In this document: positions 60,216 to 64,000 of the stretch, in pieces | Layout of the letters: every line of letters begins with the position of its first letter | Position numbering within the stretch: position 1 is the stretch's first letter | DNA from: Moniliella sp. 'wahieum' | Taxonomy: Eukaryota | Direction of reading: 5' to 3' | NCBI GenBank assembly: GCA_003971905.1 | Contig: RSEE01000009.1 | Coordinates: 372,001-436,000, forward strand | Length of the DNA: 64,000 nucleotides | Notes under the pieces: generated by a model | What the model saw: the letters and a program-made list of their open reading frames with translations, nothing else | The model's database searches: none | Told to the model about the DNA's origin: nothing | Made by a program: the position numbers and the translations under genes

Positions 60216-63200
60216 ATGGGCATCTTCTCCCGCCTGTGGCACCGCGCCACCGCCAACCAAACCGAGCCCGCCTCGCCCGCCCCCGCCCCCGTGCCCGCGG
60301 CGACGACCGATGCCCCGCAGCCGTCCATCCCAACGCCTGCTGCGTCCGAGTCTGCATACGAAGAGGCCCACACTGGCTCTTCCGATGCCCCGGAACCGCC
60401 CGCTGCCGATCCCCCTCGTGCCAACTCGGCCTCGTCCACCCTTTGGGCGGGCTGAAGCGGGCCGCATCCGTACGGGGCACCCGCATCGGCGAGCGGGCGT
60501 CTACGCCCCCTGACCATTCGGCTGCAAAGCCTACCGAGACGACGGGCAAGAAACGCGGCCATGCTACCACAGGCAGCATCAGCCGTTTGATGCGTCGTGC
60601 CATGGCTCCGTCCAAGGCCAAGGAGACTCTCACCTCGGCCGATGCCCCGTGGATGAGCATGCAGAGGAGGAGCAAACGACTCCCCGAATGACAGCCCCAT
60701 CCCCAAACACCCCAGTGCACACGACGATCTCGCCCGTATTTGGCTGAGTACGTACCTCTTTCCTTCTCCCCTTAGACGTCAGAACGGTGAATTAACAGTC
60801 ACATCCAGAGGCGATGCACACAGATCCACTGCGCCTGCACCCGCGCTGACGGAGTCAGATGAGGACGCCGCGCCGTTGGAGCAGCAGCTTGACCGTGCCC
60901 TGGATCAATTCGGGGACCAAGACTTGACCTTGGACAAGTTCCCTCTTCCTGCGGCAAGGACTCGCCGCCAAAGGAGGAAGGGAAGAAGCTCCAGCTTCCC
61001 TGGCGCCGCGCTGGTCGTCTCGGAAGTTCGCGTGAGACGGGACAGGCCAAGAAATCTGAGGAGCCGGACAGGAGGAACTGCAAGAGGAACCACTGCCCCT
61101 CCGGAGCTGGGACGTATCCCGCACGTTTCCTTTTCTGGGAGCAGTCTGCAGGGCTACATGTCCGCCGAGACCAAGGACGACCCACTTCGGCCCACCGAAG
61201 AGAGCGAGACAAAGGATGCAGTTGAGGCGACGAGCGCACTGCTCTTCCCACCCCCAAGTACCGTTCCGGAAGATGCTCCTTCCGAGCGGTCCTTTGGCAC
61301 GACAACGCCCACGCCAAGGGAACAGGCCAAGCCCCCTGTACCTGTGGGGGGGTGACACCTGTCGATCCTGTCATCAAGGTGTCCACGCCCTCCGCCCTGT
61401 TGCAGAGGAGATCAAGACTGCAGAGCCGCAGTTGAGGTAGCCAAAGGTGCTCAACCTGAGGTCGAGGAGGCCACTCGTGCCGAGCCGACCACGGAGGAGC
61501 CTAATGTTACCCCAAGCCCCCGTTGATGAGCTCAAACCTTCCGACGCTACCGTCGAGGAGCATGTACCTGCCGAGCTCACCGAGCTCGTCCCCAGGAACC
61601 GATGCCCGTCGAGCCTTCCGCGGCGGACGCAGAGGCCAAGGTTGTTGAGCCTGCTGTTAGTGACACCACCACTGCCGAGCCTATTGCGGAGGAGACTAAA
61701 GTTGCCGAGCACACCATAGAAAAGCCCAATCCCGCGGAGTCTTCCGTCGAAAAACATCAAGGCTGCTGAGACTGTTGTGAAGGAGGACAAAGTTGCCGAC
61801 CTCGCCCTGATGGCACCCCAATCCGCCGAGCCGGCTACCGATGACACCAAGGCTCCCGAGCCCGTTGTCGAGAAGGCCACAGTTGCAGAGCACACTGTGG
61901 AGGAGACTAAGGATGCCAAGCTCGCCGTCCAGGAGGACAAAGCCGTCGAGGAGGCTAAGACTCGTGAACTCGCCATCCAGGAACCTACGCCCATCGAAAA
62001 CCCGGCGGCCAAGGCCACCACCGCTGAGACTGCTGCGGAGGAGACTGAGGTAACCGAGCCCATTGCCGAGGTGGCTGAGCCTACTAAGGAAGAAACCGAT
62101 ATTTTGGAACCCGTCGTCAAGGAGACCCAGATCACTAAGCCTACTACGGAGGAGGCTACGGTTGACCCGCTGTCGAAGAGGCCAAGGTATCCGAGTCTGC
62201 CGTTGAGAAGGCTGCAGTTACTGAGCCTACCCTCGAAGATGCCAAGTTGGCCGAGCCTACCACGGAGGAGCCCGAAGTTTGTCAATCCCATCCTTACCGA
62301 GACCAAGGTGGCCGAACCGCCATCGAAGACACCAAGGTTGCTGAACCTGCCACTAAGCAAACTCCGGCTGTCGACCCCAGCGTCGAGGAAGCTAAGTCTT
62401 CTGAGCCTGCAGCCGTGGGGCCCGTTTCCCCTCCGAGCCCACTGTTCAGAGGCTAAACCTGCAGAGGCCGCATCCGAGGAGCCTGCGCTTGCGCAACCTG
62501 CTTTAGAAGATGCCAAACCTGCTGAAGCGGCCGTCACGGTGGTCCCCCCTGCCGCCCCTGCTGTGGAGGCGGCTGAGGGTACCAAACCCACCGTGGAGGA
62601 AACTAAGGCTTCCGAGGCCGTCGCCAAGGAGCCCACTCCCGTCGAGCCGACTGGGTCCATTGCCGAGAAATCCACGGCTATCAAGCCCACAGGGACAGAG
62701 GCCGAGGTTGTTACGCCTGTTGTTGAGGAGGCGGCCGCAGCTACGCCTATCGTGCAACAGACGGCTGAACATGCTGAGCCCACCATCGAAGAGTCCAAAG
62801 CCACTGAGCCTTCTGGCGAGGATGTCGAGGCTGCAGAGCCTGTTATGGAGGATGCCAAGGTTGCCGCTGCCGAGCCTGTCGTAGGGGGGGCCACTGTTGC
62901 CGAGCCCACAATGGAGGATACCAAATCTGCCGAGCCTACGGTGGAGGAGACCAAAGCTGCCGATCCCGCGGTGGAGGAGATCAAAGCTGCCGAGCCCACA
63001 GTGGAGGAAACCGAAGCTGCCGAACCCACGGTGGAGGAGACGAAGGTTGACAACCCTCCCCTCGAGGAAACCAAGGAGATCAAGGAGACCGAGCCCGTTA
63101 TCCAGGAACCCATCGCTGCCCAGCCCGCTGTCCCGGAGCTTGCCAATTCTGCCGCCGAGGAGGCTAAGCCTTCCGAACTCCCTACTGAAGTGCTTATGCC

Positions 63201-64000
63201 CATGCAGGCCGCTCCGGCGGAGCCCTTGCCTAGCGAACCGGTAGCGCAGGAGACTCAGATGTCTGAGCCTGCCACCGTGGACCCTGCGCCCGTCGAGCCC
63301 CTTGTTGAGGAGTCTAAGTTTTCTGACCCGTCGAGCCTGTTGCTAAGGAGAAGAAGGCGGTCAAGCAAGACATCTCGGAGGACAAGCCGGCCGAATCTAT
63401 CGCCCGGAATGCAGTGCCTGCTGAACCTGCGACGGTGGAGGACACCCCCACCGAGCCGGTCGCGGAGGAAGCCAAGGTTGCAGAGCCAATCGTTGATGAG
63501 GTGAAACAGACAGAGTCTGCAGCCGTGGAGCCCACGTCCGTCGGGGCCACGCCTGCCGAGCCAACTGCTGACCCCATCAATGTCCAGGAGGTCGGTGAGG
63601 AGAATAAGGTTGTCGAGCCTGCCGCCAAGGTGGTTACCCCGGTCGACCTCGCAGTCGAGAAGGCTAAAACTGCTGATCCCACCGCCGAGGCGGCCACGCC
63701 TGAGGAGATCGCTGTAGCAGAGGCCACTGTCACTGAACCTACCATTGAGGCCATCGCTCCCAAGCCCACAGACGACGAAGAGGCCCGGATTGCCGAACCT
63801 GCTACGGAGGAGACTAAAGTTGTTGACCCAGCGATCGAGGAGACTAAGGTGGCTGAGCCTACCATCGAGGAGGCCCAGGCTGTTAAGCCAAATGTCGAGG
63901 AGATCGAGGTGGCCCCACCTCCTACGAAGAAGACCGAGGTTGAAAAGCCCACGATCGATCAAGCGACGGTGGCTGGGCCCGCTGTGGAGCACGCCAATCT
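60216..64000 (+). CDS. Very large acidic Glu/Ala/Pro/Thr/Val-rich protein with ~10-aa repeats (AEPTVEETKA); runs off the window; frameshifted
   Basis: Starts MGIFSRLW. 30-nt repeats such as gccgagcccacagtggaggaaaccgaagct occur at 62929-63048 and as degenerate copies over 61700-64000. Probable intron ~60748-60798. Confidence 0.7.

Overview
GC-rich fungal genomic DNA. It is probably a basidiomycete, Ustilaginomycotina-like; this is inferred from short GTACGT/GTGCGT...CTAAC/CTGAC...YAG introns and gene content. About 22 genes can be read: a WBP11-like 3' end, JAC1/Hsc20, ERG1, a two-GAF protein, an UNC-93/DUF895 transporter, MGM101, a Gly-rich repeat protein, a PL14 lyase, an RNI-like LRR protein, an HSF-domain protein, a Tay1/Teb1-like double-Myb protein, a membrane-anchored alpha/beta hydrolase, cytochrome b5, a small mitochondrial HMG/YABBY-like protein, a Zn2Cys6 factor, NOP58, TANGO2/NRDE, ALG1, a HAD hydrolase and a large acidic repeat protein. 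Nearly all genes, including essential ones, carry single-base frameshifts. This most likely reflects an unpolished long-read assembly, so many gene ends are approximate. The most striking unexplained structure is non-coding. Nearly every upstream region carries 7-bp-periodic arrays of an A-N4-T palindromic hexamer plus one spacer base. All 12 C/G-containing 4-bp cores are used, and the core sometimes switches within an array. No CRISPR array, rRNA, complete tRNA or intact transposon was recognised.
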